This document shows, piece by piece, positions 29,385 to 38,036 of a stretch of DNA of 64,000 nucleotides. The stretch is from a virus. Lineage: Duplodnaviria; Caudoviricetes. The stretch covers positions 32,001 through 96,000 of the IMG/VR virus record IMGVR_UViG_2563367173_000002. One strand, given 5' to 3'. Both the position numbers and the translations under genes were made by a program. The first letter of the stretch is position 1, and each line of letters begins with the position of its first letter. The notes under the pieces are model-generated. The model was not told where the DNA came from, did no database searches, and saw only the letters and a list, made by a program, of their open reading frames with translations.

Positions 29385-31184
29385 TTAAGACTTTTTCACT
29401 ACAACCAACGAATCCTTCTGAACTGTTGTAATTGCATTTGATAATTCATCATTTCTTACTTCTATCTGTTGCTCGGTTTTACCCTCTGAATTATATCTAC
29501 CACGCATAGCAGCACCAACAGCATATAAATAACTAAAACCACCTGCATTACCTACTGGCTGTGACAACAGAGCCATTGCAATCGCATCTGCATCATACAC
29601 CCTATTTCCTTGTCTAAATTGCTTACCAAAATTTATTTCTCCAATCCCACCAACTAATATCGGTTTATGATTACCACAAACAGAATCTAGTCCGCTTGTG
29701 GGATTGATAAAATTTATCATTTTCTCATCTATGCAAATATATGTATCATCATACTGAGCCTTATACAAATGCTCAATTAATAGTGAAATTGCTGTTGTTA
29801 CAATTGAATTTCCTGATTGTTTATACCCTTGGGTATCAGACATTCCAACTGCTTTACATCTCTCAAAATCTTCATCATCAAATCCCATAAGTCTATGAGC
29901 TTCTTTAGGTGTAAGCTTTCTTACAATTCTAAGATTATCTCTTTCAACTTTTGGCTCAGTATTACCACCACCACAAGTATGCATCGCAGGAGCAATACCA
30001 TCTTCACTATATATTCCCCGTGACTGTTCATGCATCCTTTGGAATTTCTCACTGCACAAATCAGCAATATGTATCGGCTCATTTGTTGTGTCCAATATCT
30101 GTTTAGGTTGCTTATAATCAGTAGCAAGTAATGCGTCCATAATTGAATCTTTTTGATATACTAAATCTCTTTGCCCGATAGTCCTAAATTCTGGTTTTGT
30201 TGTATCAACAATATTTTTTTCAAATTTCGGATCGGTAATTTGTAGTCTTCTTTGCACTTCATCCGACAAAAAATATTTATCTAAAACTTCGTCATCCGTT
30301 TCTAATAAATCTTTTAATCGAATTCCATTATCAAATGGTTGAGGGAATTTAAACTGTTCTGTATCAATTTCTTTAAGAATGGAAACGCAGAAAATTCTAT
30401 TTCGGTTCTGTGGTATGCCTGTGTTTTTTGCATTGATTGTTTGAAAATATGAGTTATATCCCAAGTTGTCCAATCTATCAATCCAATCATTAAAACTATC
30501 AATATATTTTTTAGACACAAGAGCATCTACATTTTCCATAAGTAAATATTTTGGCAAATTATTGTTTTCATTTGCCTTTACAAGCAGTCTTTCTACTTCA
30601 TACAACAACCCTGAACGAGTTGACTTAATATTATTACTTCCGCAACAAGGACATTTATATCTTGTATCAACATTTAATTTTGATGGGTCATATTCCATAC
30701 CACAATCTTGACAAGTCCACTTTAACCCTTCCTGTTTTCCTGCAATCGATAAATCAGTACACGGCGTTGAATATGTAAGCATATCACAATCCGACAGTTC
30801 TTTAATCTGCATTATATCTCCCAAATTATGTGAAATATGATCAGCCAACCAGTATTTTTCTATGCCTTTCGTTTTGTCTTTCTTTTTTGATAACTTTTCC
30901 CAATCATATGGTTCATCTTTTTTAAAATCAAATCCTAATCTTTTCTTAGATAACTCATTCACCATTTCATCCTTGGAAGGATAATTACCATATTCATTAA
31001 TCATTTCATTAGTTAATCCACAATGAATAGCAGCATAACTAACAATAACCTCTTTATCTAAATCTGCTGTTGCGACAACCTCTGCGTCAAACAGATTTGT
31101 ATTATTAATTCCTTTTATCTGTGCACCAATTCCACTACACAACTCAATAACTTTTAAACTAAATCTTTTATTATTACTTTCCAA
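29385..31184 (-). CDS. DNA cytosine-5 methyltransferase with zinc-finger insert
   Basis: ELCSGIG, STPCTDLS, MENV, PQNRNRIF, RKLTPKE, QSGNSI. Confidence 0.92.
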   Translation of the reverse strand: MESNNKRFSLKVIELCSGIGAQIKGINNTNLFDAEVVATADLDKEVIVSYAAIHCGLTNEMINEYGNYPSKDEMVNELSKKRLGFDFKKDEPYDWEKLSKKKDKTKGIEKYWLADHISHNLGDIMQIKELSDCDMLTYSTPCTDLSIAGKQEGLKWTCQDCGMEYDPSKLNVDTRYKCPCCGSNNIKSTRSGLLYEVERLLVKANENNNLPKYLLMENVDALVSKKYIDSFNDWIDRLDNLGYNSYFQTINAKNTGIPQNRNRIFCVSILKEIDTEQFKFPQPFDNGIRLKDLLETDDEVLDKYFLSDEVQRRLQITDPKFEKNIVDTTKPEFRTIGQRDLVYQKDSIMDALLATDYKQPKQILDTTNEPIHIADLCSEKFQRMHEQSRGIYSEDGIAPAMHTCGGGNTEPKVERDNLRIVRKLTPKEAHRLMGFDDEDFERCKAVGMSDTQGYKQSGNSIVTTAISLLIEHLYKAQYDDTYICIDEKMINFINPTSGLDSVCGNHKPILVGGIGEINFGKQFRQGNRVYDADAIAMALLSQPVGNAGGFSYLYAVGAAMRGRYNSEGKTEQQIEVRNDELSNAITTVQKDSLVVVKKS

Positions 31185-31340
31185 ATGCCTTATCTACAAG
31201 GCGTTGCAACGCTAATTTATCCGGAATTACTTGTTATATCCTTTCTCTAATTTGTTATTTGTGAATCTTTCGTGGGTTCATGACTCCCTATGAAAGATTT
31301 AATTCATCGGATAAAATATCCGTTTATATATCAAAAATTC

Positions 31341-31526
31341 TGATATAATGGCTGAAAACCACAATCACTATCCTATTGTTCTACACTTTAGGAATACTTT
31401 TCTTGGAATTACCGACTTGATTAAGTCATTAAGAATTGATATACTTAGATTTGTCAAGACGGTTATCCGTTTTGTGTTGGATAAGAACTCTGCTCACTCG
31501 CCAAAGTTACCAGAGTTCTTATTTTA
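31341..31526 (+). ncRNA. putative small RNA (about 170 nt) with CGCCAA-loop terminator hairpin
   Basis: Extended -10 TGATATAAT; ATAAGAACTCTG...CTCGCCAAAGT...CAGAGTTCTTAT plus T tract; no SD-led ORF. Confidence 0.5.
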
Positions 31527-31886
31527 TTCTTCTACATAATCAAAATCATGTCCATATAAAATATTCTGAATCGCATTTTTATCACGTTCCATAATTGCAC
31601 AACAAACATTTTTTCTGATTGCATCATCCTTTGAATTTGGTAAATTATCATATTCAGAATCAATTTTCTTTTCAAGAAATTCGACAAATTCTTTTAGTCT
31701 AGCAGTCATATCTTTATTAGATGACTTATTGTACTCTTTCTGACCATGTTCAAATGTCCTAAGTTCATCTTTTCCTATCCACTTCACCTAGGCTCCGCAA
31801 TCGTCACAATACAGACCCGTATTATTGCCTTTTATCTCTGTATGTAATGATATACTTCCACATTTTTTACAACAATTTTGATACAC
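31524..31886 (-). pseudogene. zinc-finger phage protein with in-frame TAG at 31788-31790
   Basis: MYQNCCKKCGS...YCDDCGA*VKWIGK; TGG to TAG change inferred. Confidence 0.65.
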
Positions 31887-31926
31887 AAATTCACACTCCT
31901 TCCAATTACAATGTTTTATTCATTGG

Positions 31927-32250
31927 CTAAATATTGTCTTTAATATACTTCACAATATCATCAATGATTTCTTCATCAAATTCTTCAAAATCATCAAGAG
32001 ACATGGTTCCTTCGGAAAAAGCAGTTTTATGTCTTGTTAAATTATACGCATATGTGTCAGATGGGACATCAAAGTAATTCATCAACACATCTTTAAGCCT
32101 CTCTGTAAAGAAATTCTCATATTCATATAACTGATTTGCCAATCTAGCAACTATACCATTTTCATTCTTGGCAACTGTATATTCCGTAAATCCATATCTA
32201 TCCATGATATCTATCGATCCGTCATTATTTTTACTTAAAATATTTTTCAA
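31927..32250 (-). CDS. hypothetical phage protein
   Basis: 107-aa ORF, SD GAGGTG. Confidence 0.6.
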   Translation of the reverse strand: MKNILSKNNDGSIDIMDRYGFTEYTVAKNENGIVARLANQLYEYENFFTERLKDVLMNYFDVPSDTYAYNLTRHKTAFSEGTMSLDDFEEFDEEIIDDIVKYIKDNI

Positions 32251-32288
32251 TTTACCACCTCATCTTCACTTGAAACCTTCGTTTTATT

Positions 32289-32564
32289 TCAATTCAATAG
32301 TTCAAAAATTTCATTCCAATCTTGATATTCACTTAATTTTTCCTGTGGGATCAAAAGCTTATATTCCTTTTCTATTTCTTCTTGTGAGCCATATCCGTTG
32401 TTACTAGAACAGCTGCCAATTTCATATTGATTATGTCTTTCAATTTGCTTAAAAACAATGGTAAAACTACTATTGTCCACAGACTGTCCCATCGGTGTTG
32501 CAAAACTATCTATTTGAATAATAGAATTTTTATTCTTGTGTCTGTAAATATCACCTAATTTCAT
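32289..32564 (-). CDS. hypothetical phage protein
   Basis: 91-aa ORF, SD GGAGG. Confidence 0.6.
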   Translation of the reverse strand: MKLGDIYRHKNKNSIIQIDSFATPMGQSVDNSSFTIVFKQIERHNQYEIGSCSSNNGYGSQEEIEKEYKLLIPQEKLSEYQDWNEIFELLN

Positions 32565-32580
32565 ATAAATTTCCTCCAGC

Positions 32581-33039
32581 TCATTTAAGCTTACATACCA
32601 AAATTTCTATATCTATATCATCAAATATCATATGAATCTGATCCAACACAACACCCCAGACAAATCTATCTAGTCCGGCTCCGATAGTCGGCATAGCAAC
32701 TTTAGTAATGTTATTCTCTATACATATATCCTTCATTTTTTGTAACGCAATTCTCATAGTAATAATCGTTGGCTTCTGAAAATATCTTTCTTTTGTAATT
32801 AAATTTAATACTCGACCTTCCAAGATACAATCTCCACCAATTCTATGACGGTTATATGCATCTAAGTAATCAGGATATTTAAGCCGCAACTTATTTTTCA
32901 TATCAAATCTTTCATTAAATTCAACAACGATTCCCTTGCCCATTCCAAAATCAGCACTAATACAATGTGCTAAATAATAATCTTCTGAAACAGAAAATAA
33001 ATCTTTAATTTCTTCTCTATAAATCATACATTCCTCCAA
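32581..33039 (-). CDS. macro domain protein (ADP-ribose processing, Poa1p/TARG1-like)
   Basis: AHCISADFGMGKGI, NLITK, AMPTIGAGLDRFVW. Confidence 0.85.
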   Translation of the reverse strand: MEECMIYREEIKDLFSVSEDYYLAHCISADFGMGKGIVVEFNERFDMKNKLRLKYPDYLDAYNRHRIGGDCILEGRVLNLITKERYFQKPTIITMRIALQKMKDICIENNITKVAMPTIGAGLDRFVWGVVLDQIHMIFDDIDIEILVCKLK

Positions 33040-33052
33040 TTTAAACAGAATC

Positions 33053-33376
33053 TCATCGTTCTATTTCTAATCCGAATTCATCATCTATATTAGCAATATC
33101 ATGTGCTTTTACCTTATATTTCAGTTTATATTTCCCATTGAAATAATCACAAATCTCTTCTTTGGGAATAATATACTTCACATTTAGAAATCCATTGATA
33201 TCTTCTCCAAATTTTTGTATATCCTTTCCATAAACACCAACTTTAGATCCACAGGATAAACATATCAATCCAAACCCTTCATCCATTCCTAAGTTGACAA
33301 CTAAATATGCATTTGTTTGGCTTAAAGGTTTATTTTCTGCTAATAAAATATCTCCTACTCGTATTTTGTAAAGCAT
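33053..33376 (-). CDS. hypothetical protein, paralog of 36705..37034
   Basis: YKIRVGDILLAENK...FGLICLSCGSKVG. Confidence 0.7.
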   Translation of the reverse strand: MLYKIRVGDILLAENKPLSQTNAYLVVNLGMDEGFGLICLSCGSKVGVYGKDIQKFGEDINGFLNVKYIIPKEEICDYFNGKYKLKYKVKAHDIANIDDEFGLEIER

Positions 33377-33402
33377 CTGTCCATCTCCTTGAAACGGAAA
33401 TT

Positions 33403-33792
33403 TTAATGTGTAGTTATTTCATATAATAATCCATTATACGGTTTTATCTCCCACCCTTGACTCCACGCATCAAATATCATTTTATCAACAGGAACACGAA
33501 TACCAGTTTTCAACTCTGCATAATAGGAGTTATCATCTAAAAATCCATGTTCATTACCAACATACCAACCATCAAGCAATAATTCCTGTAAATGTGGTGA
33601 ACAACATACGCAACACGCCTCTTTAATATTTCTTTGATCACATCCGCTTTTACAATCTCTTTCTGCACATTCAGGAATAAAAATTTTAGACAAATTATAC
33701 GGTGTAATCTTTTCAATTTTATCAATGTCATAAGCAAAAAATGTTATCTCATGATGAGTTTGCTTTATATGAAATTCCTGATTGATATTCAT
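33403..33792 (-). CDS. hypothetical Cys-rich protein
   Basis: 129-aa ORF bracketed by junction motifs. Confidence 0.6.
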   Translation of the reverse strand: MNINQEFHIKQTHHEITFFAYDIDKIEKITPYNLSKIFIPECAERDCKSGCDQRNIKEACCVCCSPHLQELLLDGWYVGNEHGFLDDNSYYAELKTGIRVPVDKMIFDAWSQGWEIKPYNGLLYEITTH

Positions 33793-33825
33793 ATACTTTC
33801 TCCTTCCTTAAAACTCGTGTTTCAA

Positions 33826-34111
33826 CTACTTAACAATATAGTTTTTGTAATTGTTAATATTTTTCTTTTCTGCCATTTCTACTGACATAACACGAACACA
33901 CCAATCTACAAATACACAATACTGATTGGGTAATTTATCATGTAGATATTTTCTAATTCTTTCAGATAATAATGCATGTCCTCTATCAATCACACTGTGA
34001 GAATATTCATCTTCGTACTCGTCTTTCTCTTAAATATAATTCGTGAGAAAGTAAACCTGTTTCTACATCTTTGATAAAAACGTTATACTGATCTTCTACC
34101 TCGTAATTCAT
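33826..34111 (-). pseudogene. frameshifted small phage gene (EYEDEYSH motif)
   Basis: MNYEVEDQ...HELYL continues in another frame as DEYEDEYSHSVID...YIVK*. Confidence 0.55.
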
Positions 34112-34125
34112 AATAAACCTCTCTT

Positions 34126-35163
34126 TTATTTTCCAAATAGCTCTTCTACATATCTATCCATCTCATATCCCAATTTCACACAATTGCCATGTGATATATG
34201 ATTTTTCCAAGCATTGTAACTCTCATAAAATTTCTCTTTGCTAAGTTTTCCACACCTCACTAATCCAACCATTTTCTTAAATTTCTTTTTAGCGGCATGT
34301 TTATTTTCGTTCTTCAGCTTTCGGATTACTTTACCACCTGAAGTCACATATGTATGAAAACCACAAAATTTGATTCCATTTTTAAAAGGAATGACCTGAG
34401 TCTTACTGTTTAATTCAAGACCTAATGAATACACAAACTCATAAATAGCTGCTAAACACCATTTCGCATATTCTTTATTTTGTACTATCAAATAAAAATC
34501 ATCCATATATCTACCATAATATTTAACTCCAAGTTCTCCTGTGATAAAGTGATCTAACACTGATAAATATAAAAGTGCAAATACTTGACTAACCTGATTA
34601 CCTAATGGAAGTCCTACTCCCTCAGTACTATCAATAAACTTCTCACACAGCCAATACACTTCTTTATTTTCTATAAAATATTTCAAAATATCCTTCAAAA
34701 TATCGTGATTGATATTGTAAAAGAACTTGCTAACATCAGCTTTTATAATCCAACAATCATATCCATACTTCTGATATGCAAGATACATCTGAGCTTTTAA
34801 GCAATCCAATCCATACAATGTACCTTTGCCAATCTGTCCAGCATAATTTGTTTGAATAAACTCTTTATTCAATCTTGGAATCAGTACATTATCACACAAA
34901 CTATGCTGTACAATTTTATCTACAAACGAACATGCTTTAATGACTCTCTCTTTCGGTTCATATATTATAAATTCATTGTATTTTGATACTTGATATGTTT
35001 TAGTTTCTAATTTTCTCTTTATTTGATGAATTCCATCAAGAGCTAATACTTGGAATTTTTGACTGCTTTTTGAAAAACCTTTACCTGATTTAGATTTTAA
35101 ATATGCTTGATACAAATTACCGAAATCTACTACTTTTTCAAAATCTGTTTTATCTTCTATCAT
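34126..35163 (-). CDS. DGR reverse transcriptase
   Basis: PKER, DVSKFF, GLPLGNQVSQ (DGR-type SQ), RYMDDF. Confidence 0.95.
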   Translation of the reverse strand: MIEDKTDFEKVVDFGNLYQAYLKSKSGKGFSKSSQKFQVLALDGIHQIKRKLETKTYQVSKYNEFIIYEPKERVIKACSFVDKIVQHSLCDNVLIPRLNKEFIQTNYAGQIGKGTLYGLDCLKAQMYLAYQKYGYDCWIIKADVSKFFYNINHDILKDILKYFIENKEVYWLCEKFIDSTEGVGLPLGNQVSQVFALLYLSVLDHFITGELGVKYYGRYMDDFYLIVQNKEYAKWCLAAIYEFVYSLGLELNSKTQVIPFKNGIKFCGFHTYVTSGGKVIRKLKNENKHAAKKKFKKMVGLVRCGKLSKEKFYESYNAWKNHISHGNCVKLGYEMDRYVEELFGK

Positions 35164-35282
35164 AGTATTTTGTTCCTTTGTATTTATCCTGACATTTTTG
35201 AATCAGGAAAGGTTGTTTATTCTTTTGATATCGGGACTCTAATTTCAGTGTTTCTCTTACTTTCATTCGTCTTCCGATCCAG

Positions 35283-35364
35283 AACGGACGCACGCCTTTG
35301 TCATTCCAGTTGCAATCGTTGTAGTTCACATTGCCATTGGAGTTAACGTACTGAACATAGTGGG
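35283..35364 (-). repeat. DGR template repeat (TR)
   Basis: 82 nt, AAC/AAT-rich, lies between avd and RT; 67 of 82 identical to VR. Confidence 0.95.
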
Positions 35365-35386
35365 TCATACAACAAACAACCTAAAA

Positions 35387-35755
35387 TTATCTCTCTTTAT
35401 CTTTTGAACGCCATGCAATACTCATATATTTCACATCATTTATTTGTTTCTGCCAATATCCTACTGTATCACTTCCAATTAATTTCAATTTCATAGAAAG
35501 TTCCACATAACAAGACAACTTATCACAACATGAAATTGCTTTTGTTTGTAATTCTTGGCGTTCCGATTTTGAAGTATCCAATTTCAGCCTATTTGCATCA
35601 AGCAAATATTCATATATATCCATACAGCGATTTTGGATGCGTTTTACCAATGTTAAATGCTTAACTGGATACCTCTTTCGGTTTGATGTAATTGTCATAG
35701 TATATTCCATAAGATTTATTGCTTTTACAATAACATCCAGTTTCGCTTCGCTCAC
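35387..35755 (-). CDS. avd: DGR accessory variability determinant (Avd, four-helix bundle)
   Basis: 122-aa basic helical protein (YP...RIQN...AN...W) immediately upstream of TR. Confidence 0.85.
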   Translation of the reverse strand: MSEAKLDVIVKAINLMEYTMTITSNRKRYPVKHLTLVKRIQNRCMDIYEYLLDANRLKLDTSKSERQELQTKAISCCDKLSCYVELSMKLKLIGSDTVGYWQKQINDVKYMSIAWRSKDKER

Positions 35756-35796
35756 TGGTTTTTCCCGCTCCTTTCAGTCGCTCATCGGCTACCTAC

Positions 35797-35814
35797 GGAA
35801 TGCTGACGCATTCC
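35797..35814. promoter_or_regulatory. hairpin/cruciform downstream of VR (DGR homing element candidate)
   Basis: GGAATGC-TGAC-GCATTCC, within a larger imperfect stem CATCGG...CCGATG. Confidence 0.6.
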
Positions 35815-35856
35815 TGATTACTGGCTACCCGATGGTTTTTTGCAAGATTCAAAGAT

Positions 35857-36627
35857 TTAAGATTGAAGGATGAAAAACGGACGCACGCCCCCGCCATACC
35901 AGCGGCAACCGCCGTAGTCCACACTGCCATCGGAGTCAACGTACTGAACACAGTGGGCATCGTTTCTCTTCGGTGTCTGATTAGGATTAGCAAGCCAATA
36001 CCAATTATCAATCAATGGAATACTTTCACCAAACTTCATAAGCAACTGAATATTTGGGATTGCTAAAATATCACCTTCAACACTTCCATAATCTTTAAAT
36101 CCATCCATAGAAGTCAAATCAAGAGAAATCGGAACAAGTTTATCTCCAAATTCTTTCTTTAAATCCTCTGCCAACTCACTATTAATAAGATCTCTCCGCA
36201 CATAAGATTCTGCATAATTATTTGTTTTACCAAAGTCTGACTTTTTAAGAATCCCATTCATAAAATAATATGTACGTTTCCCATCCTGAACACTTGTCCA
36301 ATAATGCCCACAAATGAATTTTAACTGTTTTCTCCACTCATTCATATATTCTTCAACTGCATTTCTAAAATCTTGTTTGTATCTCTCTGGGTCTTTTTCG
36401 TACCAATCAGGCACAATATCCTGATCGACCTTATATCTCCAGTCTTTTACATTGGTCATTTTATCATTATTTTTAGGAATTAACTCTGCTCTTACAAATG
36501 TTTTAGATGCATTCATGTGAGTATCTTCAATTCCAAGACTTTCCAATAAATCCGAATGGCTTTCATTTCCTTCTGGTGCTAAAACCACCTTGTTCTTCAA
36601 AATAATTCCACTCTTAAAATTACACAT
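35857..36627 (-). CDS. DGR target protein with C-terminal CLec-like (DUF6273-like) variable domain
   Basis: WYWLANP...VQYVDSDGSVDYGGCRWYGGGVRPFF C-terminus encoded by VR. Confidence 0.9.
   Translation of the reverse strand: MCNFKSGIILKNKVVLAPEGNESHSDLLESLGIEDTHMNASKTFVRAELIPKNNDKMTNVKDWRYKVDQDIVPDWYEKDPERYKQDFRNAVEEYMNEWRKQLKFICGHYWTSVQDGKRTYYFMNGILKKSDFGKTNNYAESYVRRDLINSELAEDLKKEFGDKLVPISLDLTSMDGFKDYGSVEGDILAIPNIQLLMKFGESIPLIDNWYWLANPNQTPKRNDAHCVQYVDSDGSVDYGGCRWYGGGVRPFFILQS
35876..35957 (-). repeat. DGR variable repeat (VR)
   Basis: 15 differences from TR: 13 A>G, 1 A>T, 1 A>C on the coding strand. Confidence 0.95.
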
Positions 36628-36704
36628 AACTTATCATCTCTCCTTTTCATTTTTGTGATATATATTTCTCTTTTCTTACTTGAAAGTTTCAATTCATTAT
36701 AATA

Positions 36705-37034
36705 TTAGGTTTCTCTTTCAATTTCTATTCCTAACTCATATCTTTCATTAATAACATCATGTGCCATAATCTTATATCTTAGCTTATAATTCTTATTAAA
36801 AAATTCGCAAAATTTTTCTTTTGGAACAATATATTTCACATTTAAGAAACCATCTATATCTTTTTTAAATTCTTCTTTGTCATTGCCATAAAATCCAACT
36901 TTAGACCCACAAGACAAGCAAATAAGTCCAAATCCATCATCACCGTCTAAATTTACAACTAAATATATATTTGTTTGATTACAGATTTTATTCTCTGCAA
37001 GCAAAATATCTCCTACTCGTACTTTATAAATCAC
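36705..37034 (-). CDS. hypothetical protein, paralog of 33053..33376
   Basis: About 73 of 107 residues identical by manual alignment; GTG start inferred from the paralog. Confidence 0.7.
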   Translation of the reverse strand: MIYKVRVGDILLAENKICNQTNIYLVVNLDGDDGFGLICLSCGSKVGFYGNDKEEFKKDIDGFLNVKYIVPKEKFCEFFNKNYKLRYKIMAHDVINERYELGIEIERET

Positions 37035-37118
37035 CTTCTCTTTTCCCTCCCATGCCAGATACGCAAAATCCAATTATATTCATTTTTACCACTTAATTTA
37101 TCGTCCACCATTATCATT

Positions 37119-37325
37119 TTACATATAATATCTTGAAGCAAATTCCCAAGCTGTCATATTTTTATAATCAACAGTTTGTTTCGTCTCTCCATTTTCACAT
37201 CCGTTTTGTTCTACTTTTTCTGTAGAAATAATTTGATTATAATATGAAGAATTTTCATTACAACATATTTCTTCATCAGTTAATATGTTATTTGTTTTAG
37301 ACCAATAACAATCTCTGCAGTTCAT
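37119..37325 (-). CDS. small Cys-containing phage protein
   Basis: MNCRDCYW, SD AAGGAG. Confidence 0.55.
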   Translation of the reverse strand: MNCRDCYWSKTNNILTDEEICCNENSSYYNQIISTEKVEQNGCENGETKQTVDYKNMTAWEFASRYYM

Positions 37326-37360
37326 CTTAAAATCTCCTTAGATAAAATCAAATTTTTATC

Positions 37361-37389
37361 TTGACAAATTCTTATCCTCATATTATAAT
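37361..37389 (+). promoter_or_regulatory. consensus sigma-A promoter followed by TAGC(T/A)A repeats
   Basis: TTGACA-17 bp-TATAAT. Confidence 0.85.
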
Positions 37390-37439
37390 AGCTATAAGCT
37401 AATAGCAACTAGCTATAATTTTGTGAGGAGGACATTACT

Positions 37440-37694
37440 ATGATTATCACATCAGAAACTTCATTAAGCGATTTGTTTGAGATTGCAATCAAAGCCACTA
37501 AAGATCTTTCGCCTAATGAGGAATTCATCGTTAAAGATTTATTCCGTGGATTTGAATGGAATAGGATTCCAAAGGGCAATCGTACCAAATTAGGTTCACA
37601 GTTCTTTACTTATGTAAATTCAAACAAATGTGAAAACATAATCGCACTTGGCAAAACTGCTCAAAATCAGCAACGCTATAAAAGTACAATTTAA
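37440..37694 (+). CDS. DUF1413-like small DNA-binding protein, moron
   Basis: EEFIVKDLFRGFEWNRI...LGSQF...KTAQNQQRY. Confidence 0.75.
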   Translation: MIITSETSLSDLFEIAIKATKDLSPNEEFIVKDLFRGFEWNRIPKGNRTKLGSQFFTYVNSNKCENIIALGKTAQNQQRYKSTI

Positions 37695-37704
37695 TAATGT
37701 TTTT

Positions 37705-37733
37705 TATGGGATAGAATTCTCTATCCCATATTT
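37705..37733. terminator. intrinsic terminator
   Basis: TATGGGATAGA-ATTC-TCTATCCCATA. Confidence 0.75.
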
Positions 37734-37760
37734 CATGAAATGAATTTTTCAAAGACTTAT

Positions 37761-37958
37761 TCATTCTTCTATTGTTTTCATACCATCCTTAATACAATCA
37801 ACCACTATATATTCTGCTTTTTTTAAACTCACTCCCTTCTCTTTCGATATTCTTTTTGCCAAATATTTACTTGTTGCAACAAGCGGTGTCAACAAATCAA
37901 GATTTTTTCCTACCACTTTTACTTTCGCTTTTTCATCTTTTAAAGTTGCAAATCTCAT
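37761..37958 (-). CDS. hypothetical small protein
   Basis: SD AAGGAG upstream of LKMRFATLK; the longer track ORF start is doubtful. Confidence 0.5.
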   Translation of the reverse strand: MRFATLKDEKAKVKVVGKNLDLLTPLVATSKYLAKRISKEKGVSLKKAEYIVVDCIKDGMKTIEE

Positions 37959-38036
37959 TTTCAAAATATATTTCTCCTTTTGCTTTTCAATTTTCCGTAT
38001 GTGTAGTATAATACTGTCAAATATTATTGAAAGGTC

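Larger units (their letters stand above)
34126..36627 (-). mobile_element. diversity-generating retroelement (target-VR, avd, TR, RT)
   Basis: All four components adjacent; TR/VR mismatches confined to TR adenines. Confidence 0.96.

Noticed and set aside
31348-31539. 63-aa plus-strand ORF
   Set aside because: Its ATG overlaps the -10 box and it runs through the terminator hairpin; better read as non-coding
31788-31790. TAG stop-codon reassignment
   Set aside because: TAG ends many genes normally here (for example 5338, 9746, 41398, 43813); a single TGG to TAG mutation explains it
34126-35163. RT as a group II intron maturase, retron or Abi RT
   Set aside because: The adjacent Avd, the TR/VR pair with A-only mismatches and the SQ motif identify a DGR
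35150-35368. 72-aa ORF resembling the C-terminus of the DGR target
   Set aside because: It is the translated template repeat plus spacer; TRs act as RNA and there is no convincing SD
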